A DNA stretch of 20,000 nt from an uncultured virus (IMG/VR IMGVR_UViG_3300025096_000011) (lineage: Duplodnaviria > Heunggongvirae > Uroviricota > Caudoviricetes): the IMG/VR virus record IMGVR_UViG_3300025096_000011; one strand, 5' to 3'. The position numbers and the translations under genes were made by a program. Shown one piece after another: positions 1-8,885 of this stretch (within the stretch, counting starts at the first letter, position 1; each line of letters opens with the position of its first letter). The notes beneath the pieces are model-generated. The model was not told the DNA's origin and made no database searches. It was given only the letters and a program-made list of their open reading frames with translations.

Positions 1-540
1 GCTAAATGGTAGTCCGCGTTCCATTACAGGTGTGCTATCAACTACCAACCGTAACCTTGCGGGCGTGGAGGTCACAATCCTCCTATCAGCCGCGTCCATA
101 GTACCCCCATCATGGTCCCACACGTAGAAAGGGCGCCAGATAGATAGGTAAGTTGATATGTCGATGTGGCTGACACTTGGGTAGGGCAAGAAAAACTTGA
201 TTGATGTACCTGCAATCGTTCCATATCTTTCGGGGTGGTGCGCATGGCTATACGGAGTACCGCCAGCGGGAGTGCTTTGGCTAAAGTATTCGACAGTCAG
301 CAGAGAAGCGGTACCGAAAGACTTTGACATTAACGTCGGCCACACATGCGATTTATGTACCGGCCAGTTTCTTTCACCAGGACCTGTAAGGGCAAACGAG
401 CCATCACCTAAGCGCCCATTCAACGAACCATAGATACTATTTTCAGGTTGATTAGGCGAATACAGATTGACGGCGTGTTTTTCCGTGTCGAAAACACTGC
501 CTTCGCTATAGATCGCGGTATCGTGCAGAGTAAAACTCAT
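1..540 (-). CDS. Putative tail fibre/spike-like structural protein, 5' part (runs off the left edge; not in the ORF track)
   Basis: ATG at 540-538 overlaps the TGA of the upstream 756-aa gene (ATGA coupling). Manual translation is open for 180 codons to base 1 (MSFTLHDTAIYSEGSVFDTEKHAVNLYSPNQPENSIYGSLNGRLGDGSF...). The N-terminus resembles that of the upstream tail protein. Function is inferred from position. Confidence 0.7.
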   Translation of the reverse strand, partial: MSFTLHDTAIYSEGSVFDTEKHAVNLYSPNQPENSIYGSLNGRLGDGSFALTGPGERNWPVHKSHVWPTLMSKSFGTASLLTVEYFSQSTPAGGTPYSHAHHPERYGTIAGTSIKFFLPYPSVSHIDISTYLSIWRPFYVWDHDGGTMDAADRRIVTSTPARLRLVVDSTPVMERGLPFS

Positions 541-2807
541 TCGGATGACACAGCGGCAACAAGCGTTGTAAACGTAGGTACCACGCTGTCAGTATGCCCA
601 AAATCAATAAGCATAGCTGAAAGGTTTGCACCACTTAACCCTACTGTCGGACCATAAAATGTGTTGGTTTCTGCTCCTGCGACGAACAAAGCAACACCAT
701 CGATTACCATGTTTTGTGAACTCTCTTGCATGTGACCGAGCGAGGTAGTGTTTTCTTTGGCACCACCAGGGGCATAGTCCCAATATGTCCAGTCGAGCCA
801 CGGTCTACTAACCATCATTTGAAGACTCAAGTTTACTTGGTTGGCTAGGGGCCTCGCATCTCTAAACTCGCTGTCAGTTTCAAGTGTTGGGTGCTCTCTC
901 CAGTTATTAAACTGATTCACAAACACCTCAGAACGGGGGGGAATAACCCAATCGCTGTCACTTTGACCTTTAATATGAAATCCAAGACGGAAGAACCCAA
1001 ACACACCTGCGTTAGAGTATGCCCTTTTTGTTTGCTGGCTTTCCACCACGAGTTTGTGATAAAACCCGCCCGGGGAACTCCCGGCGGCTGAAGCCCCGTC
1101 GAAGTTTATAAAGGAAGATACGCCGCTATTGGGAATAAAACTAGTCCCCCCAGTATCGGGAATAAAACTAGACCCCCCAGAGCCGCCCGTCTTATCTGGA
1201 GCACTCTTGGTAAGACTTACAAAGTCAACACTCCCATCTTTACTTGCAAACGCATGCCTGTGGCCGTGTAGTAAAAGCACTTGTACGTCTGCGGTGATTA
1301 ACAACGCTCTGTTACGGTTGGCTTTATACGCGAACTCAGAGCGAAGAGCGCAAAAGCCTTGATCTTTTTCACGCCAAAGCGATGAAAGGTTAGGAACAAC
1401 CTGAGTTGCTATCGAGTGGTTTGTGCTTGTTACTATCGGACTTACACTTGACTCATCGTGGTCTGTAAGCAGTGAGTCAGAATAGTTGAGTCGTTCTTCA
1501 TTGTGCGAACGAACTGCCCACATACACCAACCAGATGTATCTTTCGTAGCGCCTGTGGCAGGGTACCCCTCTTTGTGATCCCAAGTAATCTTAGGTGTGT
1601 GTGGATTATAGTCGCTCTCACCTAACCACGCCCGCGCAATAAACTCCGAGTCAGGTCTTCGATTGTGGTAAGTAAATCCGCTGTAGCCATACTCAGTCTT
1701 TGCGTGAAGACCTATTTGGTCGAAACTGACTATGGGGCCGCCCATCATGTGTTCGGGTCGAAACGCGCCAGGAGCGATGTTACCTTTGCGCAATGCGGAT
1801 AGCGCAGATGCGGCACTACTTATGCTGTCTCCTGGGTTAAACAGTTCTTGGTCTATGAAAGGCGGAGAGTTTACTGACTCTGACGAAACAGGTGAACCTA
1901 CTCGGGTAGGTAGTGTGATGACGTTAAGTGACGCGTTCATCACGCCGACTTTATTGTGCTCCACCCTGTTCCCATATTGTTTGGAAAATCTATCATCATC
2001 AAGTCTTCGTACGACGAGTTCGACTACACAGTTACCAGGTGAGATGTCAACAATGGTGCCGAGCCTACAAGGCCAAGCAGCGGTACCTAAAGCGGATCTT
2101 TGCGGGGTCTTTTCCCCTGACGGCCCCGGAAACTGAACTCTCTCGTCATCGGCAAGCCGTTCCGTTTTGAGTTGTATCGGTACGATGCCTTGCTGTTGAT
2201 CATCATGACACCCCGTCACTGAATCATCGATAACGCGGCCGTTTACACGCAAGGCCCACTGAACCATCGCGCCGTAGGATTTTCGTGGGTACGACGTTAA
2301 ACCTGTAGTTCTTGGTGAAGGCCAAGCTTCATCTATATTAAAATCACCGTATTGATAATGATGGCCTGGGAAGGGAGTTCGGCCGATGATTCCATCACGG
2401 TCTTCTAAAGGTAGGGTGAAGGCATACCAGAGATGTTGACCGATTCCCGAAAGCCAAAGCCTTGATGTCTCGGTTACATACCCTTGGTCGACCACGCAAA
2501 CTGTTTGCCAACCAGACTTTTCCGCGAAAAGAACGGGACCCTGTGGTTGGGTAGGTTCGGTAGTGCCTCCGTTTCCAATACCATAAATACGAAAGTCGTT
2601 ACTACCTACCCGAGACGTGAACTTACAAGAACCAAAGGCGCCGCTGTCTGCGAGTAGCGGGTTGATGTTCGTGTTTAAACCACTAAAGTTAGTAGCGCCC
2701 AAGTTCCCTGATAGTTGCTCTGCCGCAGGTGCAACCTCAAGAGTCAGGTTGTCTGGGTCAAGAACCTCGCTGTTTTTGAGCACATGTTTCGGGAACTCGT
2801 AAGGCAT
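537..2807 (-). CDS. Putative tail fibre/tail appendage protein, 756 aa
   Basis: Long ORF coupled by TAATG to the nozzle gene. It is G/S-rich with likely beta structure. The N-terminal 'F....EVLDP..L.......LSGNL...NF' segment looks like a podovirus fibre attachment module. It lies directly after the nozzle gene. Confidence 0.55.
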   Translation of the reverse strand: MPYEFPKHVLKNSEVLDPDNLTLEVAPAAEQLSGNLGATNFSGLNTNINPLLADSGAFGSCKFTSRVGSNDFRIYGIGNGGTTEPTQPQGPVLFAEKSGWQTVCVVDQGYVTETSRLWLSGIGQHLWYAFTLPLEDRDGIIGRTPFPGHHYQYGDFNIDEAWPSPRTTGLTSYPRKSYGAMVQWALRVNGRVIDDSVTGCHDDQQQGIVPIQLKTERLADDERVQFPGPSGEKTPQRSALGTAAWPCRLGTIVDISPGNCVVELVVRRLDDDRFSKQYGNRVEHNKVGVMNASLNVITLPTRVGSPVSSESVNSPPFIDQELFNPGDSISSAASALSALRKGNIAPGAFRPEHMMGGPIVSFDQIGLHAKTEYGYSGFTYHNRRPDSEFIARAWLGESDYNPHTPKITWDHKEGYPATGATKDTSGWCMWAVRSHNEERLNYSDSLLTDHDESSVSPIVTSTNHSIATQVVPNLSSLWREKDQGFCALRSEFAYKANRNRALLITADVQVLLLHGHRHAFASKDGSVDFVSLTKSAPDKTGGSGGSSFIPDTGGTSFIPNSGVSSFINFDGASAAGSSPGGFYHKLVVESQQTKRAYSNAGVFGFFRLGFHIKGQSDSDWVIPPRSEVFVNQFNNWREHPTLETDSEFRDARPLANQVNLSLQMMVSRPWLDWTYWDYAPGGAKENTTSLGHMQESSQNMVIDGVALFVAGAETNTFYGPTVGLSGANLSAMLIDFGHTDSVVPTFTTLVAAVSSE
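1104..1180. repeat. In-frame 27-bp-period tandem repeat (two near-identical copies plus one degenerate copy) encoding GGSSFIPDT/GGTSFIPNS/GVSSFINFD
   Basis: GGGAATAAAACTAGTCCCCCCAG at 1131-1153 vs GGGAATAAAACTAGACCCCCCAG at 1158-1180 (22/23 identical), with a degenerate copy from 1104. Confidence 0.85.
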
Positions 2808-5221
2808 TAAATATCCTCTCTACCAGGTATTCTTGCTCTCGGATTACCCGACGTTGCCACTGAAACGTCAAAGGCAAAAGAAGCAATCTCAACTGACCCA
2901 CCGCTCCCATCTATGGCGGTTTCTATCTCAAAGCACCAAGTATTCACAGTGCTCATGTTAACTGGTATTTTACGCCAAAATAGTCTCGGTCGTTGGTTTC
3001 GACTACTACCAATAACGGCCAAGTCGCCAACATCGGCCACTATTTCAGTGCCTTCGTCTGTTCCAACCGACTTAACTACGAGTTCATCCACTACTTGTGT
3101 AGAGCCGTTTTTGTAAAACTTCAAGCGAAACGAAGCGTTCTCCGTGTCAACCAGACCGAGATACATGGTACGCACGTTCACGGGAGTAAGTGAGTTTTGG
3201 TCTGCTCTAAGCCAGCCTGACCGGTAAACAGCTTTGTGCGAAAAGTCGCAGGTCACAGAACTTGCAGCCGTTTCTCGGTTTAGTACGTAGACGCTGGGCC
3301 CGCGACGATGTAAGGGGTCACTCTGCTGCCCACCAAACCTCTGTAAATAGAGTATACCTGCCGTGTCTTCCTTCGATATTGATACAGAAGAGATGTAAAA
3401 AACGTCGGTTGCCGCTGCTAAGCACATGTTTCGGGAATCCCGAGTTACTGCGAAGCTTGAGATGTGCATGTTGTAGTTGATCTCGCGCCAGTAGTCACCG
3501 TCGAAGCACAAAATCAAACTTTGGGCTGTTGAGCCAGCCTCACAAACAGCGCAGCGGTACTCTCCACTATCGGGGTCAATCACAGCGGCAGCAAGCCTAA
3601 GCCTGTTCCGGTTAACGTAAACCTTCATGGTTCTGTCAATCGCGGTGCTGATCAGGTTGATGGCCCCGCCTTGGAGAGCGTAGAAGCCGTCACGACCTAA
3701 CCAGATTAGCGAGCCGTCACGCATGACTTGGATACTCTGCGGTGCGACACAGCCGACACCGTGCGTAATCGGTGTTGGTGCTGCAAAGTCATCCAGTGCG
3801 TATACGGTTGTCTCGGTAAAAGCGAGTAGCTGATTGTTGTGAGAGAACAGAGCGGTAATCTCTTCACCACCACTATCGGGAAACGTGAAGTCAATGGCGC
3901 TAAATGTTCCTGGGTACCCCTGTTCAGAGCGCATTACCATGCCAGGGGAGCCCGAGATGTTGCCAATGATGAGCCTGCCCTGGTGTACGCACATAACTTT
4001 GAATATCGGGATGGCTACGGTAGGTACCATGTCATCGCCTAACTCTGCGTCAGGAACATTATCAGGGAAGTCAAAGTCGCCAGCAGCCGATAGACGTGTC
4101 ACAAGTCTTGGAGTTGGACCTACGTTATCAATGTCAGGTGTGCGGTAAATGTTTACGGCAACTACGTCGCTTGCGCGTGCGGTTTCTTTTATGCTGACGC
4201 CGGAAGTTACCCAAGAGTTATCAGCTTGAGACCCGATAGGTGTGTGGTCAGGCAAAGAACAGCGCAAAAGAAACTGACGTTGAACGTCTTTGATCTCAAG
4301 ACCTAACGTTTCTTCAAGCTTAGCAATGATCCCCTCAACACCATCACTACCACCACGAATCGGATTAGCGCTGTGTGGCTGTATATGGACTGCATTTGAC
4401 CTTGAAGATGTAGCAGAGCGGTTACCAAACTGATCTTCGTATTGTACGTGATAAATAAAGTGGCCTGCGAGCACACCACCACCGTCACCGGATAGCATGT
4501 CACCGGCCGTCCCGATGTTGCCTTCCCAAGAGTACCCATGTGAGTTGGGGTAGAATGAATCACGCCCTACGATGTCCACGCCCGTTGGACCCTCCGCAAT
4601 CGGAGCGCTTGGAATGTCTCTGAATCCAAGCTTAAATGCCGTACCTTCGGGTGTAATGATATGAGCCTGGTCCAACCCGTTGTTAAAAATGACGAAGTCG
4701 TTGAACACCACAAACTGGTGAGGAAAAGTTACAGGGCCTGTGAGTTTTTGCTGGTCACTTGTAAGCGCTGTTAAATCCGTGAGTACCGGTAAGAAGTTCG
4801 GTTGGTGATAAACACCCTCTTCAGCATAGCTGCTGCCACCTGTTCCACCTGTATTCCACGGTTTATGCAGATACAGTTTTGAGCCCGCAGACACGAAAAG
4901 CATATCAGCACACTTGTCGAACAGTCGGGCATGAAAGACGGTACCCAAGGGTGTACTACATGAGTACGTCCACCCATCATAACCTTCGGTTAAAACCTCG
5001 GGGCACCCCGTTTCTTGGGGCCAGTACCCCTCGCTTATGCTTGCTTTACGATCAGATGCTATTTCATACGGTGTGATGAGCGGTATTGTACGAAGTGTAC
5101 CGTCTCTCGTGACGCCAAAGTTTTGAACATGCTGACCTAAAGCCTGCGGAGAATACTGAACCTCGGCCTGCCCAGGGGGAATGACCCATTGAAGTACCTG
5201 CTGTTGTGCTGGAGAGGCCAA
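2807..5221 (-). CDS. Tail nozzle protein (T7 gp12 tubular B / P22 gp10-like), 804 aa, TTG start
   Basis: Beta-propeller-type motifs typical of podovirus nozzles: GEEITAL..LLAFTETTVYAL..ITHGVGCVAPQSI..LIWLGRDGFY..IS..I. Size of about 800 aa and position downstream of the adaptor fit. Confidence 0.7.
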   Translation of the reverse strand: MASPAQQQVLQWVIPPGQAEVQYSPQALGQHVQNFGVTRDGTLRTIPLITPYEIASDRKASISEGYWPQETGCPEVLTEGYDGWTYSCSTPLGTVFHARLFDKCADMLFVSAGSKLYLHKPWNTGGTGGSSYAEEGVYHQPNFLPVLTDLTALTSDQQKLTGPVTFPHQFVVFNDFVIFNNGLDQAHIITPEGTAFKLGFRDIPSAPIAEGPTGVDIVGRDSFYPNSHGYSWEGNIGTAGDMLSGDGGGVLAGHFIYHVQYEDQFGNRSATSSRSNAVHIQPHSANPIRGGSDGVEGIIAKLEETLGLEIKDVQRQFLLRCSLPDHTPIGSQADNSWVTSGVSIKETARASDVVAVNIYRTPDIDNVGPTPRLVTRLSAAGDFDFPDNVPDAELGDDMVPTVAIPIFKVMCVHQGRLIIGNISGSPGMVMRSEQGYPGTFSAIDFTFPDSGGEEITALFSHNNQLLAFTETTVYALDDFAAPTPITHGVGCVAPQSIQVMRDGSLIWLGRDGFYALQGGAINLISTAIDRTMKVYVNRNRLRLAAAVIDPDSGEYRCAVCEAGSTAQSLILCFDGDYWREINYNMHISSFAVTRDSRNMCLAAATDVFYISSVSISKEDTAGILYLQRFGGQQSDPLHRRGPSVYVLNRETAASSVTCDFSHKAVYRSGWLRADQNSLTPVNVRTMYLGLVDTENASFRLKFYKNGSTQVVDELVVKSVGTDEGTEIVADVGDLAVIGSSRNQRPRLFWRKIPVNMSTVNTWCFEIETAIDGSGGSVEIASFAFDVSVATSGNPRARIPGREDI

Positions 5222-5232
5222 GGTTCAATCTC

Positions 5233-5700
5233 TTAAAACGATACTTGTTCGCGTTTCTTCCAAGTCATCGAAAGAAGTTCAGGGGCAGACGGGTTCCCTC
5301 GTAGGTCAGGCACAGCCTTATACGCGCGTGCGCGCCAAGACATGTAGCGCTCACCAGCCACAGGAGGCGGCAAAGGCAACTCTTCCAGCTTGTCTGGCTC
5401 AGTACCTTCGTCGAAAACAATCTCGCTGCTACCAGCAACGGGGCTTGCGCCAACAGGTAAGAATGAGTTGGTTGTGCGATGATATACCCAACCTTTCGGG
5501 CGCCAATCTGTGTGCGTAATCGGGTTCGCGTGAGATGAGACAAACTCGAATCCATTGCGCGTGATTAAAACAGAGTGCCAAAAAGTCGGATCTTCTTTGT
5601 TGTATTTGAGGCTGGTGACCATCGCCTCTTCGATTTGACCGTCGAGGTTTTGGCGCTCAAGTGTGTCGCCAATCGCGGGTCGGGGTAGTTTGAATGACAT
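5233..5700 (-). CDS. Hypothetical protein, 155 aa
   Basis: Strong Shine-Dalgarno (AAGGAGGT) just upstream of the ATG. It fills the gap between the adaptor and nozzle genes. No recognisable motif. Confidence 0.75.
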   Translation of the reverse strand: MSFKLPRPAIGDTLERQNLDGQIEEAMVTSLKYNKEDPTFWHSVLITRNGFEFVSSHANPITHTDWRPKGWVYHRTTNSFLPVGASPVAGSSEIVFDEGTEPDKLEELPLPPPVAGERYMSWRARAYKAVPDLRGNPSAPELLSMTWKKREQVSF

Positions 5701-5729
5701 GCAACCTCCTTACGTTGTGTTGCGTCCCA

Positions 5730-5738
5730 ACTATAACA
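5730..5738 (-). promoter_or_regulatory. Candidate extended -10 promoter TGTTATAGT
   Basis: Matches TGnTAnnnT and lies in the 58-bp intergenic gap, 29 nt upstream of the 5700 start. Confidence 0.4.
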
Positions 5739-5758
5739 GGGTGGACAGAATACTAAAA

Positions 5759-8257
5759 CTAACTATCCTGTTTCAGTGATGCGTAGTTGCCAAATAGGCC
5801 GTTTCGAGACCGATAAGACGTACCCCCGATGATCGAAGTAGGTTCGACAATCTTAGCTGGGTTCGCGTAGCGTGATCGGTATCTCCGAGCCAACTCAGTA
5901 TACCGATCTAAGTGAACTTGTGCACCTGCCTGATCGGCTCCATCGAGCAAGGCTACGTAGTACGCAGACAACTCAATCAAAGCGGATATAGCGTCACGTT
6001 GGATTGGCGGAGTATCCTGGTCATCAATCAGTTTCTTGGGTAGCCGCGAAACGCGCAAATCAAGTTCGTATCGACTATCTTGTACCGGATAAGTTTTGTA
6101 CGCATAGTACCCCGTACTATGGCGCAAAGGTCGTTCAATGTCATACAAACAACTACCACGCCAAAAGAACTGACAGGCGGCTTGAGGGTTAGCGGCGAAC
6201 TCATCGTACGTAGGCTCTACTTCACACAGCAGGTAAAACTTATTACCCGTTTCTGTATTCGCCATTGCGCCTTGGCTACCTATCCCGCCGGCTATACCCC
6301 TACCTTCATAAGCATTATGCGAAACATAAAAACGAAGGCGCAAACCACTTCGGCCAAATCGTTGCGTATACGGGTCCGAGAAACCCAACATAGCGTCAAT
6401 ATTAGTCGCTTTTACTAAGATTGCGCCCTTAGTCATCAGATTCGTGGGGTCTAAGAATACCGTTTCCGCTGGAGACGGCGCACTCTCCCAAGTAGGGTCA
6501 GTTATACCTGCGATACTTGTAGACGAAGTAGGTCGTAAAGTAGACGCATGAATCCCTTGTGTATGTGCCCAGTTAATCTCAATCTCGGACGACAAACCTC
6601 GATGACCTTTAGGTGCAATGTTAGGTGCTTGCTGCCATTCTTTGTCTCTCCGACCCCAGACGTACGTGTAGCACACTGACCACGTACCCTGCCTCAGAGA
6701 CTCGTGGTCACCCGAAGGAACCAGTAGGTCAGCTAAGCCGCCTAGAGCCCCACTATCACCACCTGGTAACGGCTTAGATAGCAACTCATGCACCCAAGGT
6801 GCGATATTTTGAGTGACGTAGTTCAGCTTCGGTGGTTCAGTAGGTGCGGGTAGTTGGAAGTGTCTACCTCTGAACATGCGAACAGGTCTACCTTCCGTGT
6901 CACCCTGATAGTCTCGCATACCAGCACGGTCAGCACCGGCTGTGTCAATGGACCATATTTGCTGTTGGGTCTCATCGTAGACAACAGCGGGCTCATGAAG
7001 TTCAGTCACATCATCCCGAAGAAAGAACTCAGGTTGGTAGATACGAAACTCCATAGGTTCACCGACCGTCTGTTGCTTAATCTCGCGGGACACTCTCTTC
7101 CACGATTGGGTTTGTGGGTCGTATACAGAACCTACCACTAGCTTCGTATACCACGACCACCCGTCTAAGTTGTTTCTCCACGGCCTGTCCAAAGTCACCA
7201 TGTACTGTCTTCTTTGATGAAACTCTCTGTCGGGATTTGGTCGCTGATTGGTCTGTGCTTTTTGACCATTATTCTCATTACTATGCAAGGAAACCGCCGG
7301 TTCTCGGTTCTTCTTAAACAGTTGAGTCGGGTCATGGTCAAAGACTTCAAAGTCTTTCGTCTTAGTAGACAAAGAACGAACAGTTACGTCGTAGCTGGGA
7401 TCTGCCGCAAAGGGCAACTTCTTCGCTTGGAGGGCACCACCATAACTATCAAACGTACTGAACTTTATGCCGCGACTGCGTAACTTCGCACGAAACTGAG
7501 ACAGAAATGCCTGGTTAACTTCCTCAACTGGAAGTCCGTTAGCCTGGGCAATGCTTAGTTTGTCTGCTGCGTCTTGCCTGCTGCTCGCCTTGAACGCAGC
7601 AACAGCACTCTTGGTACCTGCACCCGCAAGATACTCATTAACAAATACCTTGGCCACGTTATTCGCTGACGCTTTATTTTGAGTATAGTCATACTCTTCT
7701 CGAAACTGCGCCATTGCCGCTTTAGTAATCTTATTGGCTTCTTCTGTAGCCTTAGAAGTTCGTACAAAACTAACAGCTTTCTGGCCAACTGCTATATTGC
7801 TAGCCGTACCAAAAGGTCGAATGTTCAACCGTGTCATAGCGTAGCTTTGATCGTCAAAAAAGAACTCGCGGCATTGGCGACGATGCCACCGACCCGATGG
7901 GTCCTTGACTTCGATGTGCATAATGCCATCCCACTCACCAGTACATCTTGGCCGCCAAGTTGTGAGTGACCTAGTTGAATCAATCGGCACCCCGTTCTTA
8001 TCGACAAATAGCAGCAAACGTTTATCTGTGGGATGACAGACTAAGTAAGCTTTTACGTAGTCGTCGCCACTTTTCTGCGGCGGCTGGAGCACGACATGTT
8101 CTTCGTCAGGAATGAGTGCTTCGGGTACATCACCTGCAAGACGATCAAGTGCCTGGTTGATTGCGCTATTTAGCTTTTCGTCGAGTGATTTTCCGCTGCT
8201 ATCCCACGCACGCATAGCAAGAAGTCTTTGACGCAACGAACCAAGAGAAACATTCAC
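5759..8257 (-). CDS. Head-tail adaptor (tail tubular A / gatekeeper-type) with large internal insertions, 832 aa, GTG start
   Basis: The N-terminal helices (SLGSLRQRL..WD....LDEKLNSAINQALDRL) and the C-terminal L.DDQDTPPI...ISALIELSAYY....D..AQ..LDRY pattern match podovirus adaptor termini. SD GGAGG. It lies between the capsid genes and the nozzle. Confidence 0.6.
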   Translation of the reverse strand: MNVSLGSLRQRLLAMRAWDSSGKSLDEKLNSAINQALDRLAGDVPEALIPDEEHVVLQPPQKSGDDYVKAYLVCHPTDKRLLLFVDKNGVPIDSTRSLTTWRPRCTGEWDGIMHIEVKDPSGRWHRRQCREFFFDDQSYAMTRLNIRPFGTASNIAVGQKAVSFVRTSKATEEANKITKAAMAQFREEYDYTQNKASANNVAKVFVNEYLAGAGTKSAVAAFKASSRQDAADKLSIAQANGLPVEEVNQAFLSQFRAKLRSRGIKFSTFDSYGGALQAKKLPFAADPSYDVTVRSLSTKTKDFEVFDHDPTQLFKKNREPAVSLHSNENNGQKAQTNQRPNPDREFHQRRQYMVTLDRPWRNNLDGWSWYTKLVVGSVYDPQTQSWKRVSREIKQQTVGEPMEFRIYQPEFFLRDDVTELHEPAVVYDETQQQIWSIDTAGADRAGMRDYQGDTEGRPVRMFRGRHFQLPAPTEPPKLNYVTQNIAPWVHELLSKPLPGGDSGALGGLADLLVPSGDHESLRQGTWSVCYTYVWGRRDKEWQQAPNIAPKGHRGLSSEIEINWAHTQGIHASTLRPTSSTSIAGITDPTWESAPSPAETVFLDPTNLMTKGAILVKATNIDAMLGFSDPYTQRFGRSGLRLRFYVSHNAYEGRGIAGGIGSQGAMANTETGNKFYLLCEVEPTYDEFAANPQAACQFFWRGSCLYDIERPLRHSTGYYAYKTYPVQDSRYELDLRVSRLPKKLIDDQDTPPIQRDAISALIELSAYYVALLDGADQAGAQVHLDRYTELARRYRSRYANPAKIVEPTSIIGGTSYRSRNGLFGNYASLKQDS

Positions 8258-8266
8258 GGTGCCTCC

Positions 8267-8305
8267 AAAAGACGAAGGGGGCGGAGCCCGAAAGCCACGC
8301 CCCCT
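8267..8305 (-). terminator. Rho-independent terminator after the capsid/cement genes
   Basis: Minus strand reads AGGGGGCG-T-GGCT-TTCG-GGCT-C-CGCCCCCT followed by TCGTCTTTT. The 8-bp outer stem (8276-8283/8298-8305) is perfect and the loop is UUCG. Confidence 0.7.
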
Positions 8306-8306
8306 A

Positions 8307-8315
8307 AGTATATCA
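8307..8315 (-). promoter_or_regulatory. Candidate extended -10 promoter TGATATACT
   Basis: cgTGaTATACT in the intergenic gap, directly upstream of the terminator hairpin. Confidence 0.35.
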
Positions 8316-8327
8316 CGAAGTAGTTAA

Positions 8328-8885
8328 CTACCACACACCGTTAATCCAGCATGTTGCCTTGTCTCCCGAAGAAGAACCAGCATCGGCTTCAAGAGCCATT
8401 GCAAAGACACATTCAAGATTGTCGGTAGTTGCATCAGCGTTGAGCGTGATTGTGTCAGCGATACCCGCAGTGCTTGCGTGAGCGACCAAACGATCACCTT
8501 GAGCAACACCACCGTCACACTGAACTTCACCAGCACCCTTTGCAATGATCCAACCGTACTCACCTGCGGCAATCGCACCACCAGCTACTCCAAGAATCCG
8601 ATACACATGAAGTGTCGCGGTGGAGAGCAGTCCGTGAAAGGATGCGTAATCGCTGTTATCCAGCATGATTACGTTACCTTCCGCAAACGCCGATGAATCA
8701 TCGTTGTAAACGAAGATCCACTCCCGATCACCATAATGAGTCGAGTTAGCAGCGGTTACTTCGTCCGCTTTTTGCGTACGGCGAGTACCTACAGGGTATG
8801 CCTCAAAGGAATATGTAGCAGCCGGCCAATCTTTGCCAACTGCTCCATCGACGACAGAAGCGCCTGAACTAAAAGTACCACTCAT
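8328..8885 (-). CDS. Capsid cement/decoration (minor capsid) protein, 185 aa (start at 8885 rather than 8906)
   Basis: ATG at 8885-8883 overlaps the MCP TGA and has SD GGAGGT at 8891-8896. Motifs PVGTR..REWIFV, GVAGGAIAAGEYGWI and VAQGDRLV are typical of cement proteins that follow an MCP. Confidence 0.65.
   Translation of the reverse strand: MSGTFSSGASVVDGAVGKDWPAATYSFEAYPVGTRRTQKADEVTAANSTHYGDREWIFVYNDDSSAFAEGNVIMLDNSDYASFHGLLSTATLHVYRILGVAGGAIAAGEYGWIIAKGAGEVQCDGGVAQGDRLVAHASTAGIADTITLNADATTDNLECVFAMALEADAGSSSGDKATCWINGVW

Noticed and set aside
7215..7860. Intein or intron as the explanation for the adaptor insertion
   Set aside because: No C/S...HN-C/S/T splice motifs or homing endonuclease signature, and the frame is uninterrupted.
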